Positions 30,272-40,535 are shown, numbered from the stretch's first letter. The stretch: 64,000 nt of DNA from an uncultured bacterium (GCA_963736115.1 CAVTNR010000008.1:96001-160000), one strand, 5' to 3'. The notes: generated by a model not told the origin, from the sequence alone. A program made the numbers and translations.

Positions 30272-30521
30272 ATCGGGCGGCCAGAAGCCTGGTCATTCTG
30301 GTTCCAGTTTTTCTGTATGATCGGAGATTGGGCTTCTGGCCGCTCCGACGGGTCTGATTCCCCGGCTTCGCCGGACCAAGCAATGAGATTTGCTCATTAT
30401 TGAAGGCCCGCCGCTTGCGGCGTCCATCATCCAAGTTTCTTGCGATACCCCGCTGCTTGTCTTCAATAATTCGTAAATAGAATAGCTTGATCCCGCGAAG
30501 CGGGCGGCGGAGTCCTTCATT
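30272..30521 (+). mobile_element. Palindromic MITE-like repeat family B with 2 micro-element insertions
   Basis: Aligns with 4247-4542. Confidence 0.8.
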
Positions 30522-30569
30522 ATTTCCCCTGTTCACCGCGCGGCATTATTTAAAAGGCCGGAGGATGAC

Positions 30570-30984
30570 ATGAAATCCCACACCGAGTATCTCTGGTTCC
30601 AGACGAAATCGAAGCGCGAGCTCGTTCGCATCACGGACGAGGTCGAGACCGCGGTGCTGAAATCCGGCGTCCGCGAGGGCATGGCGCTCGTGTCCGCGAT
30701 GCACATCACGGCCGGCGTGATCGTGAACGACGACGAGCCAGGAATCCAGACGGATTTTGACGCGTGGATCGAAGGGTCTCGCGCCGTTCCGGGAGGATTA
30801 CCGGCACCACCGCACCGGGGAGACGAACGGGGACGCGCACCTGAAAAGCATTCTCGCGCATCACCAGGTCATTGTCCCGATCACGGCCGGCAAGCTCGAC
30901 CTCGGCCCCTGGCAGCAGATCTTTTACGCGGAGTTCGACGGGAGGAGGAAAAAGCGGTTGGTCATCAAAATCATGGGGGAATAG
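30570..30984 (+). CDS. yjbQ: YjbQ/UPF0047 family protein, frameshift near 30775
   Basis: [14 protein letters not shown], then [14 protein letters not shown] and [14 protein letters not shown] in another frame. Confidence 0.85.
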
Positions 30985-31003
30985 AAACAGTTCATGGGGA
31001 AAA

Positions 31004-31096
31004 AGTTTATAGTTCATGGTTCATAGTTCATAGTTGAAAAGAACAAAGACTTATCATTATCCTCCGTCTTTTTCTATGAACTATGAACTATGGACT
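31004..31096. repeat. Inverted arrays of heptamer AGTTCAT / ATGAACT
   Basis: About 4 units, a spacer, then about 3 reverse-complement units. The same arrangement occurs at 49271-49498 and 54661-54783. Confidence 0.8.
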
Positions 31097-31125
31097 GTTT
31101 AAGCGATCAACTTCAAGCTCCAAAC

Positions 31126-31160
31126 AAAAAAGCCTCCCGGCACCAGCCGGGAGGCTTTTT
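31126..31160. terminator. Bidirectional intrinsic terminator
   Basis: AAAAAAGCCTCCCGG-loop-CCGGGAGGCTTTTT. Confidence 0.8.
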
Positions 31161-31186
31161 AAAAAAAATCCAAAATCAGAAACGGG

Positions 31187-32227
31187 CTACTTGCCCTCTT
31201 TCCTCAGGGCTTCCGCGGTCTTGAAGGCCGCGTCGCTCTTTGCCTTCATCTTCATGTTCCCGTACGCGGCGGCCAGGTTGGTCCAGGCCTGCGAATTGTC
31301 GGGCTTGACCTGGGTCGCCTTCTCCAGAAACGGGATGGCTTCGGTGTACTTCTTCAGCTGGAGATTGGCCGTCCCGACCATCATGTTCGCCTCGAAATCG
31401 TCGGGATTGGTGGCGATCACACGGGTGAAATACCCGAGCGCCTTCTCGTAATTGCTCTGCAGGATGTACAACCGGCCCATGTTGTAGAGCAGGTCGGTGT
31501 CGTTCGGGGACTGGTCCAGGGCCTTCTGGTAGGTGTCGATGGCCCTGTCATTCTTGCCCAGCAGGTCCCAGGAGAAAGCCGTGTAGGTCAGCGCGTCCTT
31601 GTATTCCTTGGAGGTCGGGAGCGCCTTGGCGAGCACGCGTTCCATGGCGGAGACGCATTTCTCGTACTGCTTGCCTCGGTAATACAGCAGGCCCAGCGAA
31701 GTCTGAATGTCCAGCTCGGTCGAATCGACCGTAAGGGCCTTCCGGTAGGTCTCGATCGCGAGGGAGTCCTTTTCCATCTGCATGTAGGTGTAGGCCAGGT
31801 TCTTGTAGGCGTCGGTCCGTTTCGGCAGGAGCTCAGAGGCCAGCTGGAACTGGGCCGCTGCATCGGGCAGTTTCCCTTCCTTGATACGGCCGACTCCGAG
31901 GTTGAAGATATCCGCGTAGTATTTGCCCCGGTAGCCCTCGATGTCCACGGCGTGCGCGGGATTGACGGCCAGGCTTTTGGTGAAGGCGTCATTCATTTCG
32001 CGGTACATGCCCTTGGCGCCGTATGCCTGTCCCATGACGAAATAGGCCTCGTAATTGTCCGGGAACTGGGCGACTGCGAGCTGGCACTGCTCAATGGCCT
32101 TGTCGTAGTTGCTCTGCTGCATGTACACCTTTGCCGATGTGGTGTAAGTGTCCTGACAGCCCGTCCAGACGGCGATCAGCCCGAGCAGAGAAAGCGCGGC
32201 CGCGATCCGGAAAAACGGTTTGTTCAT
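31187..32227 (-). CDS. TPR-repeat lipoprotein
   Basis: WTGC lipobox, tandem TPRs, GGAGG RBS. Confidence 0.88.
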   Translation of the reverse strand: MNKPFFRIAAALSLLGLIAVWTGCQDTYTTSAKVYMQQSNYDKAIEQCQLAVAQFPDNYEAYFVMGQAYGAKGMYREMNDAFTKSLAVNPAHAVDIEGYRGKYYADIFNLGVGRIKEGKLPDAAAQFQLASELLPKRTDAYKNLAYTYMQMEKDSLAIETYRKALTVDSTELDIQTSLGLLYYRGKQYEKCVSAMERVLAKALPTSKEYKDALTYTAFSWDLLGKNDRAIDTYQKALDQSPNDTDLLYNMGRLYILQSNYEKALGYFTRVIATNPDDFEANMMVGTANLQLKKYTEAIPFLEKATQVKPDNSQAWTNLAAAYGNMKMKAKSDAAFKTAEALRKEGK

Positions 32228-32276
32228 GAACCGACCTCCTGGGAGAGTGATTTTTGGGACAATTGAAAAGACATTT

Positions 32277-32305
32277 AATTTACGTTGATGGATATGAGTT
32301 GTCAA
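32277..32305 (-). promoter_or_regulatory. Sigma70 promoter for the TPR gene
   Basis: TTGACA-N17-TAAATT on the minus strand. Confidence 0.6.
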
Positions 32306-32408
32306 GAATATTTTTGAAAAACGTGTTTTTTTTGCAGACAATCCACTTGATAATCCTGGAAAGATTTCATATATTCGACCCATCCTGTTCAATAACCGGT
32401 TCCGAGGC

Positions 32409-33137
32409 TTGATTACTAGTCACGTAACTCCCCAAAAAACAGCATCCAAGCGCATCGGATGCCTGCTCATTCATGGTTTTACTGGTACTCCGTGGGTTTT
32501 TCAGGAATTAAAGTCCTATCTTGAGGAAAAACAAGTAATTGTTTCGGATCCACTTCTGCCCGGTCATGGTACGACTCCGGAAGACCTGAACCGGATCCGA
32601 TGGGAACAGTGGGCCGCATGCGCAGCCGAAAACCTGGAAGGTCTTCGATCCAGGTGCGATTCCCTGTTCATTGCCGGCCTTTCAATGGGAGGGGTAATCG
32701 CTCTGCGCACGGCTCAGAACCGGCCTTGCGACGGTGTCATCACGATGTCCGCGCCTTTCCGCTTCAGCCGTTCCATGACCGCTTTTATCCCGATTCTCAG
32801 GCTGTTCAAGCGGAGCTGGAGAAAATCCGGCCCGAAGGAGCACCAGAAGGAGGAAGTGGGTTATGACCGGTATCCGCTTAATGCACTGAACCAGATGATG
32901 CGGATGATGAGGATTGTGCGGAAGGACATGACGCGGTTACGGGTTCCCCTGCTGGTTCTGCATTCAAAGGGAGACCGCCGCGTTCCGGTTTCGGACAGCC
33001 GGGAACTGTTCGATGCCGCCGCATCGGAGCGCAAGCGGATCCGCCTGCTGGACCATCCCTGCCATGTCATCACCAAGGGCTTGGATCAGGAACTGGTTCT
33101 GAAAAGTGCGTGGGAGTTTATCCGGGAAAACGCATAG
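32409..33137 (+). CDS. Carboxylesterase (alpha/beta hydrolase, Est/YvaK-like)
   Basis: HGFTG, LPGHG, GLSMGG, with C-terminal D and H. Confidence 0.88.
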   Translation: MITSHVTPQKTASKRIGCLLIHGFTGTPWVFQELKSYLEEKQVIVSDPLLPGHGTTPEDLNRIRWEQWAACAAENLEGLRSRCDSLFIAGLSMGGVIALRTAQNRPCDGVITMSAPFRFSRSMTAFIPILRLFKRSWRKSGPKEHQKEEVGYDRYPLNALNQMMRMMRIVRKDMTRLRVPLLVLHSKGDRRVPVSDSRELFDAAASERKRIRLLDHPCHVITKGLDQELVLKSAWEFIRENA

Positions 33138-33243
33138 CGCGGCTGCGCAGAAAAGAACGGTCGTGCCGTGTTGCCGATTCAGTTACGAAAGAATGTTTAA
33201 GCTGATGATTTACAGGATATTGAGAGGGATGACTCTGCGGGTT

Positions 33244-33663
33244 TCAACGAAACATGGCTTTAATGCTTCCCCAGGTGTGCTTGATTCCGGACTGGCCTTC
33301 AGCGGATGCGATGACATCGAAAACCTGGGAATTTCCGGAACGGTCGACGAGGATCAGGCGGTAATAGAGGGTGTTGACTCCGGTCTTGAAAATCGTGTTG
33401 TCCCGGTACGAGTAGGTGCGTCTCTGCCAGGAATCGCCGGAAGCTGCTGTTTTTCCTATATGAATCCAGCGGGTCCGGTCGCTGCTTCTCTCGATTTCGA
33501 AGCGGGCCAGGTTGGATTCCTCCTCGGTCGACCAGACCAGAACGACTGCGCTCTGGTCCCGTGTCGCGTAGAATTCGGAGACGCGTGTGGCTGCCCGGCC
33601 GGCCGCCAGTGCCAGTAAAATCAGTAAGAAAACCGGTATGCGGATTTGAATGTGGGGACGCAT
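33244..33663 (-). CDS. Small secreted FN3-like protein with C-terminal TWGSIKAMFR motif
   Basis: Signal peptide; LVWSTEEESNLARFEIERS...YSYRD...YYRL. Confidence 0.78.
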   Translation of the reverse strand: MRPHIQIRIPVFLLILLALAAGRAATRVSEFYATRDQSAVVLVWSTEEESNLARFEIERSSDRTRWIHIGKTAASGDSWQRRTYSYRDNTIFKTGVNTLYYRLILVDRSGNSQVFDVIASAEGQSGIKHTWGSIKAMFR

Positions 33664-33789
33664 GATAAAAATCAATTTATCGCAAGAGCATGATAAAGTC
33701 AAGGACTTTTTGGAACGGTTGATCCCGGGAACCGTATAACCAGTGGTTCAGACGGGGGCGTTCCGAAACAAAACGCCGCGAAGGAACCC

Positions 33790-34638
33790 ATGTCGAGAAG
33801 AATGAAAAACAGAGCCAATCAATCACTGGACCGCTATCTGCAGGAGATCGGCGAAGTCCCTCTCCTCAGCCCCGAGCAGGAGATCGACCTCGCCCGGCGG
33901 ATCAAGAAGAACGACCAGGATGCGCTGGAGAAACTGACCAAGGCCAACCTCCGTTTCGTGGTCTCCGTGGCCAAGCAGTACCAGAACCAGGGCCTTTCGC
34001 TCGGCGACCTGATCAACGAAGGGAACCTCGGCCTGATCAAGGCCGCCAAGCGTTTCGACGAAACGCGCGGCTTCAAGTTCATCTCCTATGCGGTGTGGTG
34101 GATCCGCCAGTCCATTCTTCAGGCGCTGGCCGAGCAGAGCCGGATCGTGCGCCTCCCGCTGAACCGGGTCGGCGCCCTGAATAAGATCGGCAAAGCGTTC
34201 AGCAACCTCGAGCAGGAATTTGAGCGGGAACCGAGCGCGAGCGAGATCGCGGAAGAGCTCGAAATGACGGCGTATGAAGTCTCGGACACGCTGAAGATTT
34301 CCGGACGGCACCTGTCGATGGATGCGCCGTTCAACCAGGGCGACGACAACCGCCTGCTCGACGTGATCGAGGACGACCAGCAGCAGCCGCCGGATGACCT
34401 CCTGCTCAACGAATCCCTGCGCATGGAGGTTCAGCGCGCCCTGACCACGCTCTCGGACCGCGAGGCCGAAGTGATCAAGCTCTACTTCGGGCTGGAGCGT
34501 GAGCACCCGCTTACGCTCGAGGAGATCGGCGAGAGGTTCAACCTGACCCGCGAACGCGTGCGCCAGATCAAGGAAAAAGCCATCCGACGGCTGAGGCACA
34601 CGTCCCGCAGCCGCATGCTGAGAAGTTATCTGGGGTAG
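33790..34638 (+). CDS. RNA polymerase sigma70 factor, RpoD/SigA family (short FCB type)
   Basis: [44 protein letters not shown]. Confidence 0.95.
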   Translation: MSRRMKNRANQSLDRYLQEIGEVPLLSPEQEIDLARRIKKNDQDALEKLTKANLRFVVSVAKQYQNQGLSLGDLINEGNLGLIKAAKRFDETRGFKFISYAVWWIRQSILQALAEQSRIVRLPLNRVGALNKIGKAFSNLEQEFEREPSASEIAEELEMTAYEVSDTLKISGRHLSMDAPFNQGDDNRLLDVIEDDQQQPPDDLLLNESLRMEVQRALTTLSDREAEVIKLYFGLEREHPLTLEEIGERFNLTRERVRQIKEKAIRRLRHTSRSRMLRSYLG

Positions 34639-34659
34639 AAAGCAGGCCAGCGGCTTTTT

Positions 34660-34777
34660 GAATCTGATCGCTCGCGCATTCCCCGTCGCTTGCGGCGGGG
34701 TAAGCGAGCGAATATATAATATATTTTCTTCACTACAGATAGAAGATTCCCCGCGGCTTGCCGCGGGGAATCTTCAA
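34660..34777 (+). mobile_element. Repeat family A (IS200/IS605-like two-hairpin MITE), no insertion
   Basis: GAATCTG...CCCCG.CGCTTGCGGCGGGGTAAGCGAGCGAATAT...CTACAGATAGAAGATTCCCCG hairpin...CTTCAA. Other copies at 53890 and 60262. Confidence 0.8.
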
Positions 34778-34972
34778 AAGAACCTCCCTCGGGTTTTAAC
34801 GACCCGCTGGAGGTTTTTTTGTCATGAAACCCTGAAAGGTGAACTCTCTGGTTTCGGCTTGTTTCGGCTTTACACGTAAATAAAGAATTTTTATCACCTG
34901 ATAACAGGCCTATTTGCTTGAATTATATAAATTAAGGTCGTTTCCCGGTATGGAATGCCTCCTTCTTTGTCC

Positions 34973-35001
34973 TTGACAATACCATGTAAAATACTTAAAT
35001 T
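34973..35001 (+). promoter_or_regulatory. Sigma70 promoter for the M23 gene
   Basis: TTGACA-N17-TAAATT. Confidence 0.6.
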
Positions 35002-35072
35002 TGCTAAAATTTGTTTCTATAGAAAACAACCCTGTCCTCCATCATTCTGAACCGGATCGCGCGGGAGACGGC

Positions 35073-35993
35073 ATGCTGAACGAGAAAATCCGTTTGCTGT
35101 ATTTTTCCAGAGGGACAGGTCTCAGGCAGTTCAGTCTCAACCCCAAGCAGTTCTACACCTATTCCGCGGCAGGCGGTTTCGCCCTCCTTCTTGTTCTGAG
35201 CATCGGCATTCATCTCATTACCGGGCTTTTCCACGACATCCGCATTGATTCGCTGAAGCAGAACCGGGACGAACTGCAGAAAGAGCTGATCGCGATGAAG
35301 GAGAAAATCGCGGTCCTCAACGGGTATGTGTCCGAGGTCGAGAATACGGGGGACATGCTCCGGAACGTGGCCGGGTTGCCGGCCATCGACCAGGACGTCC
35401 GGCAGGTCGGCGTCGGCGGACCCTACTCCGCCAATATCCCGGAATACCAGTATCTCAATGACGAGGTCAGCCGCACGGCCGCGGAGGCCAGGAATGATCT
35501 GAACAAGATCGAGCGCGAGATCCGGCTCGAACGGGCAAGCCTTCAGGAAATCAACCTGCTGCTCGGCGAACAGAAGACGCGCGCGGAACAGCTCCCCAGC
35601 ATACGCCCGATTCTCGGCGCGAAGGTCATTGAGAATTTCGGTCTGAGGATGGATCCTTTCCTCGACAAGATCGCGTCACATGAGGGAGTCGACGTTCCCA
35701 TGCCCCTCGGAACCAAGGTGCTCGCCACGGCCGCTGGAACGGTCAAGGTCGCGAAGACCATATACACGCCGTACAAGAGTTACGGCATGGAAGTCGTGAT
35801 CGACCACGGGTATGGATTCGAAACACGGTACGCCCACCTTTCCAAGATTCTCGTTTCACCCGGACAGCGCGTCAAGAGATGGCAGGCCATCGGCGAGGTC
35901 GGAGAAACAGGGAGGGCTACCGGTCCCCACCTCCATTACGAGGTTATGAGCTCGGGAAGACCCATCAATCCCTCATTCTTCATGTTCAACTGA
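35073..35993 (+). CDS. M23 family metallopeptidase with TM and coiled coil
   Basis: HEGVD, YAHLS, TGPHLHYEV. Confidence 0.92.
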   Translation: MLNEKIRLLYFSRGTGLRQFSLNPKQFYTYSAAGGFALLLVLSIGIHLITGLFHDIRIDSLKQNRDELQKELIAMKEKIAVLNGYVSEVENTGDMLRNVAGLPAIDQDVRQVGVGGPYSANIPEYQYLNDEVSRTAAEARNDLNKIEREIRLERASLQEINLLLGEQKTRAEQLPSIRPILGAKVIENFGLRMDPFLDKIASHEGVDVPMPLGTKVLATAAGTVKVAKTIYTPYKSYGMEVVIDHGYGFETRYAHLSKILVSPGQRVKRWQAIGEVGETGRATGPHLHYEVMSSGRPINPSFFMFN

Positions 35994-36127
35994 ACTCCCG
36001 GCCTTTCCCGGAATGGTCAGCCGCTGAGATTTTTCTTGGCGGCTTTTTTTTGTAACTTTTTGTCATCCGGCACGTATGCACAAATGAGGCAAACCGTGCA
36101 GATTCCGCTGACAACCAGGATAAAGCC

Positions 36128-37420
36128 ATGAGAATCAAAAACTTAATTATAATTCTGCTATTGGCGGGTATTACGGCCGCTTCGGGCGGTGATAAATCCG
36201 AGGCAGTCACGCTTCCGAACGGAATGACCGTGATTCTGCATCCTTTTCCGCACACGAACGTGACCTGCGTGGCCCTGTTCGCGAAGGCCGGTTCCATTTG
36301 CGAGACGGATTCCACGGCCGGCATCACGCGTTTCATGGAAAAATCGCTTTTCCGGATGACCCAAAACAGAAGCGATGTGCGCGCCGATATCGATTCATAC
36401 GGAGGCGATTTCCAGTCGGGCGTCAACCAGGATTTCGCGGTATTCGCGGTCACGGCCAGCGGCGCGTTCCTGTTTCCCATTCTCGATCTGTTCGATGATG
36501 TCATCCGGGACGCGCGGTTCAGCGACTCGCTCGCCGCGGATGTCCGGTTGGAGCTGACCCGGCGTCTGGAGGAGGAACGGAAGAATCCGGACGTCCGGAT
36601 TCTCTCCCGGTTCCTGTCCCTGGCTTTCCGCGAACATCCCTATCGGTTCATGCCGCACGGGTCCGCTGAAGGATTCCGCGCCCTGGAGGCCGCGGACATC
36701 CGCCGTCACTACGAACAGTCGTTCGTGCCGCGGAATCTCGTGCTGGTGGTCACCGGGCAGTTCGAACGCAAGGAACTGATCGGGCGGCTGAAGAACCGAA
36801 TCGGCCGCTTCGAACGGAAGTCCCCGGCCCTTCCCGCATGGCGGCCAGAACCCTCCCATACCGCGGCCGTGGACGTGCGTGAGCGGCACGGATTCGGTCC
36901 GAACGTGGCTTTCGTGGCGGTCGGCTGGCCCGCGCCGGCCGTGTCCGATCCGGCCACGTATGCGATGGACGTGCTTGTCACCGCTCTCGGAAACGGGCAG
37001 AGTTCCAGGCTCAACCGGCAGGTCCGTGTTTCCGCGCCGTCCCTGTATGCCGTCTGGTCGGATTACCGGACGCCCCGCGATCCGGGCTTCATCCGCATCA
37101 TGGCGGCCTGCCCGCCGGCGGACGCGGATTCGGTGCGCAGCGCCATTCTCCGCGAGGTCCGGATTCTGCGGGACGATCCGATGCCGGAGCCGGAGATGGC
37201 GAGGGCCAAACGCATGCTCACGGCAACGGAATCGTTCAGCCGCGAAGGCGCGACGGATTACGCCAATTACATCGGTTACTGGGCGACCATGGCCGATCTC
37301 GATCTGGCGCGGCAGTACCTCAAGAGGATCCGAGCCGTCCGCCAGGAGGACGTGCGCAACACGGTCCGGACTTTCATGACTGACGAACAGCGTATTTCCA
37401 TCATCCTGATGCCTGAATGA
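36128..37420 (+). CDS. M16 peptidase-like protein lacking HxxEH
   Basis: TLPNGMTV, AGSICE...GITRFMEKSLF, HPY, LGNGQSSRL. Confidence 0.85.
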   Translation: MRIKNLIIILLLAGITAASGGDKSEAVTLPNGMTVILHPFPHTNVTCVALFAKAGSICETDSTAGITRFMEKSLFRMTQNRSDVRADIDSYGGDFQSGVNQDFAVFAVTASGAFLFPILDLFDDVIRDARFSDSLAADVRLELTRRLEEERKNPDVRILSRFLSLAFREHPYRFMPHGSAEGFRALEAADIRRHYEQSFVPRNLVLVVTGQFERKELIGRLKNRIGRFERKSPALPAWRPEPSHTAAVDVRERHGFGPNVAFVAVGWPAPAVSDPATYAMDVLVTALGNGQSSRLNRQVRVSAPSLYAVWSDYRTPRDPGFIRIMAACPPADADSVRSAILREVRILRDDPMPEPEMARAKRMLTATESFSREGATDYANYIGYWATMADLDLARQYLKRIRAVRQEDVRNTVRTFMTDEQRISIILMPE

Positions 37421-37439
37421 ACAGGGCCGGAGAAAGCCG

Positions 37440-38732
37440 ATGAAGATCCGATGGATTGTGCTGATGACGGCGGCCGGCGTTCTGATCGCGGCCGGATGCG
37501 CGAGGCGGTCCGGCGTCAAAACCGTCGTTCTGGAGAACGGCCTGCGCGTCGTGATCACGGGCATTCCGTCGCCCGTGGCGGCGGCCGTGGTCTGGCTGGA
37601 CTACGGCGAGCGGGACGGCGCGCCCGGAACGGCCCGGGCCGTCAACCGCATGCTGCTGGGCGGCACGGAGATCCGGACCCGGAACCAGATTTTCCGGGAG
37701 ATCGAAAGCGCGGGCGGCTGGATCGGCGTGGAAACGGGCCTCACCGGTTCGATCATGGTGCTTCAGGCGCCGGCCGAGGAGTTCACGTCCTGTTTTGCCA
37801 TTCTTGCCGAATGCCTTTCGAGGTCGACTTTCGACAGCACGGAGCTCGCGGCCGAGGGCGGATTTGAAGAGGGCGGCATCGGATTCGCCAAGATCCTGAG
37901 GAAGAAGCAGAGGAAGGATTCGGCCATTCGTTCCGTCCTGTTTCCCGATTCGCCCGCGGGCGCGCCGGGCAAAAAGAAAACGAGGTCCGTGACGGCTGAT
38001 TCCGTATCCGCTTTCGCGGCCTCGCATGTGCGTCCCGAACGGATGATCATCTCCATCGCGGGCGAATGCGACTGTAAAACCGTTCTGAAATCCCTGAAAT
38101 CGGCCTGGAGCGCCAGACAGGCAGCCGTGCCGTTTCCTGCTTTCGAACCAGGAGCCGCGGCCCCCGGGCCGGTTCCTGGAACGGTGCGGACCTCGCGATC
38201 CGCGGGCCCGGGCCGCGGGGACAGCCTGTTCGTGGCCCTGAGAACCTCCATCCCGTACGGTTCGGATTTTCTGATGGAATACCTGGTCGGCCTGGCCCTA
38301 TCGGCAAAACAGGACGGACTGCTGGCGCGGGCCGCGTCCGGAGGGGCCGCTTCGGCCGCGGGTCTCGAGCTGGATTTTTATTTCCAGAACGAAGCCGACT
38401 ATGGATACTGGGTCGCTTCCGCCGTTCCATCCGAGGGAAAGGCACCCGGAGCGATAAGACGCCTGGAGGATCTCATCGCGGAAGCGGAACGGAACGGGAT
38501 TTCCGAACCTGTTTTCAGCACCGCGCGGCGGCGGCTCGAATCCGCTTTCGCCATCCGTTCCCAGTACACGCTGAACCACGCGTATTTCGGCGCACTGGCC
38601 GAAAGGCTCGACCTTCCTTACCGATCCATATCCGATCTGCAGAAAGCCGCGGCTTCAATGACGCATGCACAGCTGAACGGACGGCTCAAGGACATTTTGC
38701 CGAGGCTGAGAATTCTGGTTTCGGGAGGATAA
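37440..38732 (+). CDS. M16 peptidase-like lipoprotein lacking HxxEH
   Basis: AAGC lipobox; VLENGLRV, GTARAVNRMLLGGT, RPERMIISIAG. Confidence 0.8.
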   Translation: MKIRWIVLMTAAGVLIAAGCARRSGVKTVVLENGLRVVITGIPSPVAAAVVWLDYGERDGAPGTARAVNRMLLGGTEIRTRNQIFREIESAGGWIGVETGLTGSIMVLQAPAEEFTSCFAILAECLSRSTFDSTELAAEGGFEEGGIGFAKILRKKQRKDSAIRSVLFPDSPAGAPGKKKTRSVTADSVSAFAASHVRPERMIISIAGECDCKTVLKSLKSAWSARQAAVPFPAFEPGAAAPGPVPGTVRTSRSAGPGRGDSLFVALRTSIPYGSDFLMEYLVGLALSAKQDGLLARAASGGAASAAGLELDFYFQNEADYGYWVASAVPSEGKAPGAIRRLEDLIAEAERNGISEPVFSTARRRLESAFAIRSQYTLNHAYFGALAERLDLPYRSISDLQKAAASMTHAQLNGRLKDILPRLRILVSGG

Positions 38733-38775
38733 GGGCGGCGGGCCGAAAGCCGACGCTGTTTACCGGCATTTCTCC

Positions 38776-38815
38776 AAAAAAAAGGAACCTTCTTCAGGAA
38801 GGTTCCTTTTTTTTT
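38776..38815. terminator. Bidirectional intrinsic terminator
   Basis: A8-GGAACCTTC-TTCAG-GAAGGTTCC-T9. Confidence 0.8.
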
Positions 38816-38866
38816 ACAGGTCATAGGACCCCGGGGTTGACCCGGGGTCGGTTCATGCGGCTTCCG

Positions 38867-39409
38867 TCAGCGCGAGACGAATGATTTCAGAAAGCGGAAA
38901 AGCTCGGAAACGCGTTCATCGGCCGGCGCCGCGGATGGTCCGGTGAACAAAAGGTTGTAATAGCGGTCCGCGCACGGTTTATTGAAGCCGATGCACAGCG
39001 GATAGCCCAGTTTTCTCGCGAGGTAAATTGCGGTCAAAGAAAAATCCGGATCCAGGTCGAGCAGGGTGTCGAAGGCCCCGAGGTTCAATCCGGCCAGCAC
39101 CTGGGAGCTTCGAATCTGGTTGATCGTGTTCTTCTTCAGGTGGAGGTAGAGCACGGGCCTGCCGAGATCCGGCCCGCCGGATCCGTCGGGCGCGCCGGGA
39201 CTGATGAAGGTGAAGCGGCCCGCGGGAAACACGGCGTCCAGCTGGCGCATGGTCCTGGCCGTGAGCTTGTGACCGGCCGCGGCGGGAAGCACCACGAGCA
39301 GGCGGGCCGACTTTTTCAGCGTTTTCTTGAATTCAAGCGGAAGGGTGCGCGCGAAGGGCCGCGTGAAGGAACGGACGATTCTTTCCTGTATCTGATCTCG
39401 CAGGTTCAT
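38867..39409 (-). CDS. Hypothetical protein (weak resemblance to the GT9 N-terminal half)
   Basis: FDTLLDL...LCIGF...YYNLL; follows the anti-sigma gene. Confidence 0.6.
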   Translation of the reverse strand: MNLRDQIQERIVRSFTRPFARTLPLEFKKTLKKSARLLVVLPAAAGHKLTARTMRQLDAVFPAGRFTFISPGAPDGSGGPDLGRPVLYLHLKKNTINQIRSSQVLAGLNLGAFDTLLDLDPDFSLTAIYLARKLGYPLCIGFNKPCADRYYNLLFTGPSAAPADERVSELFRFLKSFVSR

Positions 39410-39428
39410 GAAAAACAATATAAGAAAT

Positions 39429-39959
39429 TCATCCGCGTTTATCAACAGGCACTTGCCGGAATCGGCGCAGGAGGGCGTCCCAGAGAACCGCGAAGGCCAT
39501 GGCCGCAAGACAGGACATAAGCCCCCGGCTGTAACCGTCCGGTTCCACGGGCAGGGAACCGGACGCATCCGCGATCCAGGCTGAGCCTGCTCGTACTGCC
39601 TCATCCGCGAACCGCAGTGCCGCAATTGCCGCCTGTTTGAGCCGCTCCGGCATCCAGACCGCATACACGGCCGTAGCGGCCGCGGCAGCGCCGGACAGGG
39701 CCAGGACGGACGCCCACGGCATGGGATCGCGTTCAGGCCGGAGGGTTTCCGTTTGCGCGATAACCGATCTGAAAAAGGAACCGTCCAGGCCGAAGCAGGG
39801 TTCAGCTGTTTCCAGAACGTCGAAAAGCCTGCGGTAACGGGCGGCCGTCTCGCGGCACGCAGGGCATACGGCCAAGTGACGATTCTGAGAGCGGGTTTCA
39901 GCCCGGCCCAGATCCGCCGAGGACTGCAGTTCCGCGTCGCTCAGGTGTTCATTGCGCAC
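39429..39959 (-). CDS. Zinc-finger anti-sigma factor (ZAS) with TM helices
   Basis: HLS...HLAVCPAC; overlaps the sigma gene end. Confidence 0.78.
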   Translation of the reverse strand: MRNEHLSDAELQSSADLGRAETRSQNRHLAVCPACRETAARYRRLFDVLETAEPCFGLDGSFFRSVIAQTETLRPERDPMPWASVLALSGAAAAATAVYAVWMPERLKQAAIAALRFADEAVRAGSAWIADASGSLPVEPDGYSRGLMSCLAAMAFAVLWDALLRRFRQVPVDKRG

Positions 39960-40528
39960 AGTTCCTCCTTGGGAACAACGGCCAGCAGCCGGTTTTTCAG
40001 CAGTCGTCTCGCCCGGAACAGCCGGTTCTTCACGGTGCCTTCTGGCATGTCCATGGCCCTGGCGATTTCCGCGATCTGCATGCCGTCCAGATGAAACAGG
40101 GTCAGGATGAGGCGGTAACGGACCGGCAGGCGGCCGATTTCGCGGTGCAGGCTCGAAACCAGGCCCGGATCCGGGCCTTCATTTTCCTCATCCCCGGCCG
40201 GTTCCGCGGGCCCGCCGTCCGGCAGTCGTGCGTCGGTCCACGACACTGGTTTTTTCTTCTCGAGATAATGGATGCAGGTGTTCACCGCGATTTTCGCGAT
40301 CCAGGTGGAAAACCGGCTGTCGCCGCGGAAACCGTCGAGCCCCGCGTACACCTTCAGAAAAATGTCCTGGCAGAGATCCTTCCGGTCCTCGTGATCGTCC
40401 ACGGACCGGGCCACGATGTGCATGACCAGCCGCACATGTCCGGCCATCAGGTCCGAAAAAGCGTCCTTTTCCCCTTGCCGGATGCGGGCAATCAGGCTGT
40501 CCGTGTCGTTTCGGTTCTCGGGCTTCAC
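39941..40528 (-). CDS. ECF sigma factor
   Basis: DLCQDIFLKVY, FSTWIAKIAVN, GTVKNRLFRAR. Confidence 0.93.
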   Translation of the reverse strand: MKPENRNDTDSLIARIRQGEKDAFSDLMAGHVRLVMHIVARSVDDHEDRKDLCQDIFLKVYAGLDGFRGDSRFSTWIAKIAVNTCIHYLEKKKPVSWTDARLPDGGPAEPAGDEENEGPDPGLVSSLHREIGRLPVRYRLILTLFHLDGMQIAEIARAMDMPEGTVKNRLFRARRLLKNRLLAVVPKEELCAMNT

Positions 40529-40535
40529 ATTTTAT

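Noticed and set aside
34658-34879. 73-aa ORF (also 4285..4569, 30270..30536 and the start of 60347..60973)
   Set aside because: These are translations of repeat families A, B and C, not genes.
38826-38856. Isolated GACCCCGGGG hairpin followed by TTCAT as an IS200/IS605 end
   Set aside because: Single copy with no partner end in the window; cannot be supported.
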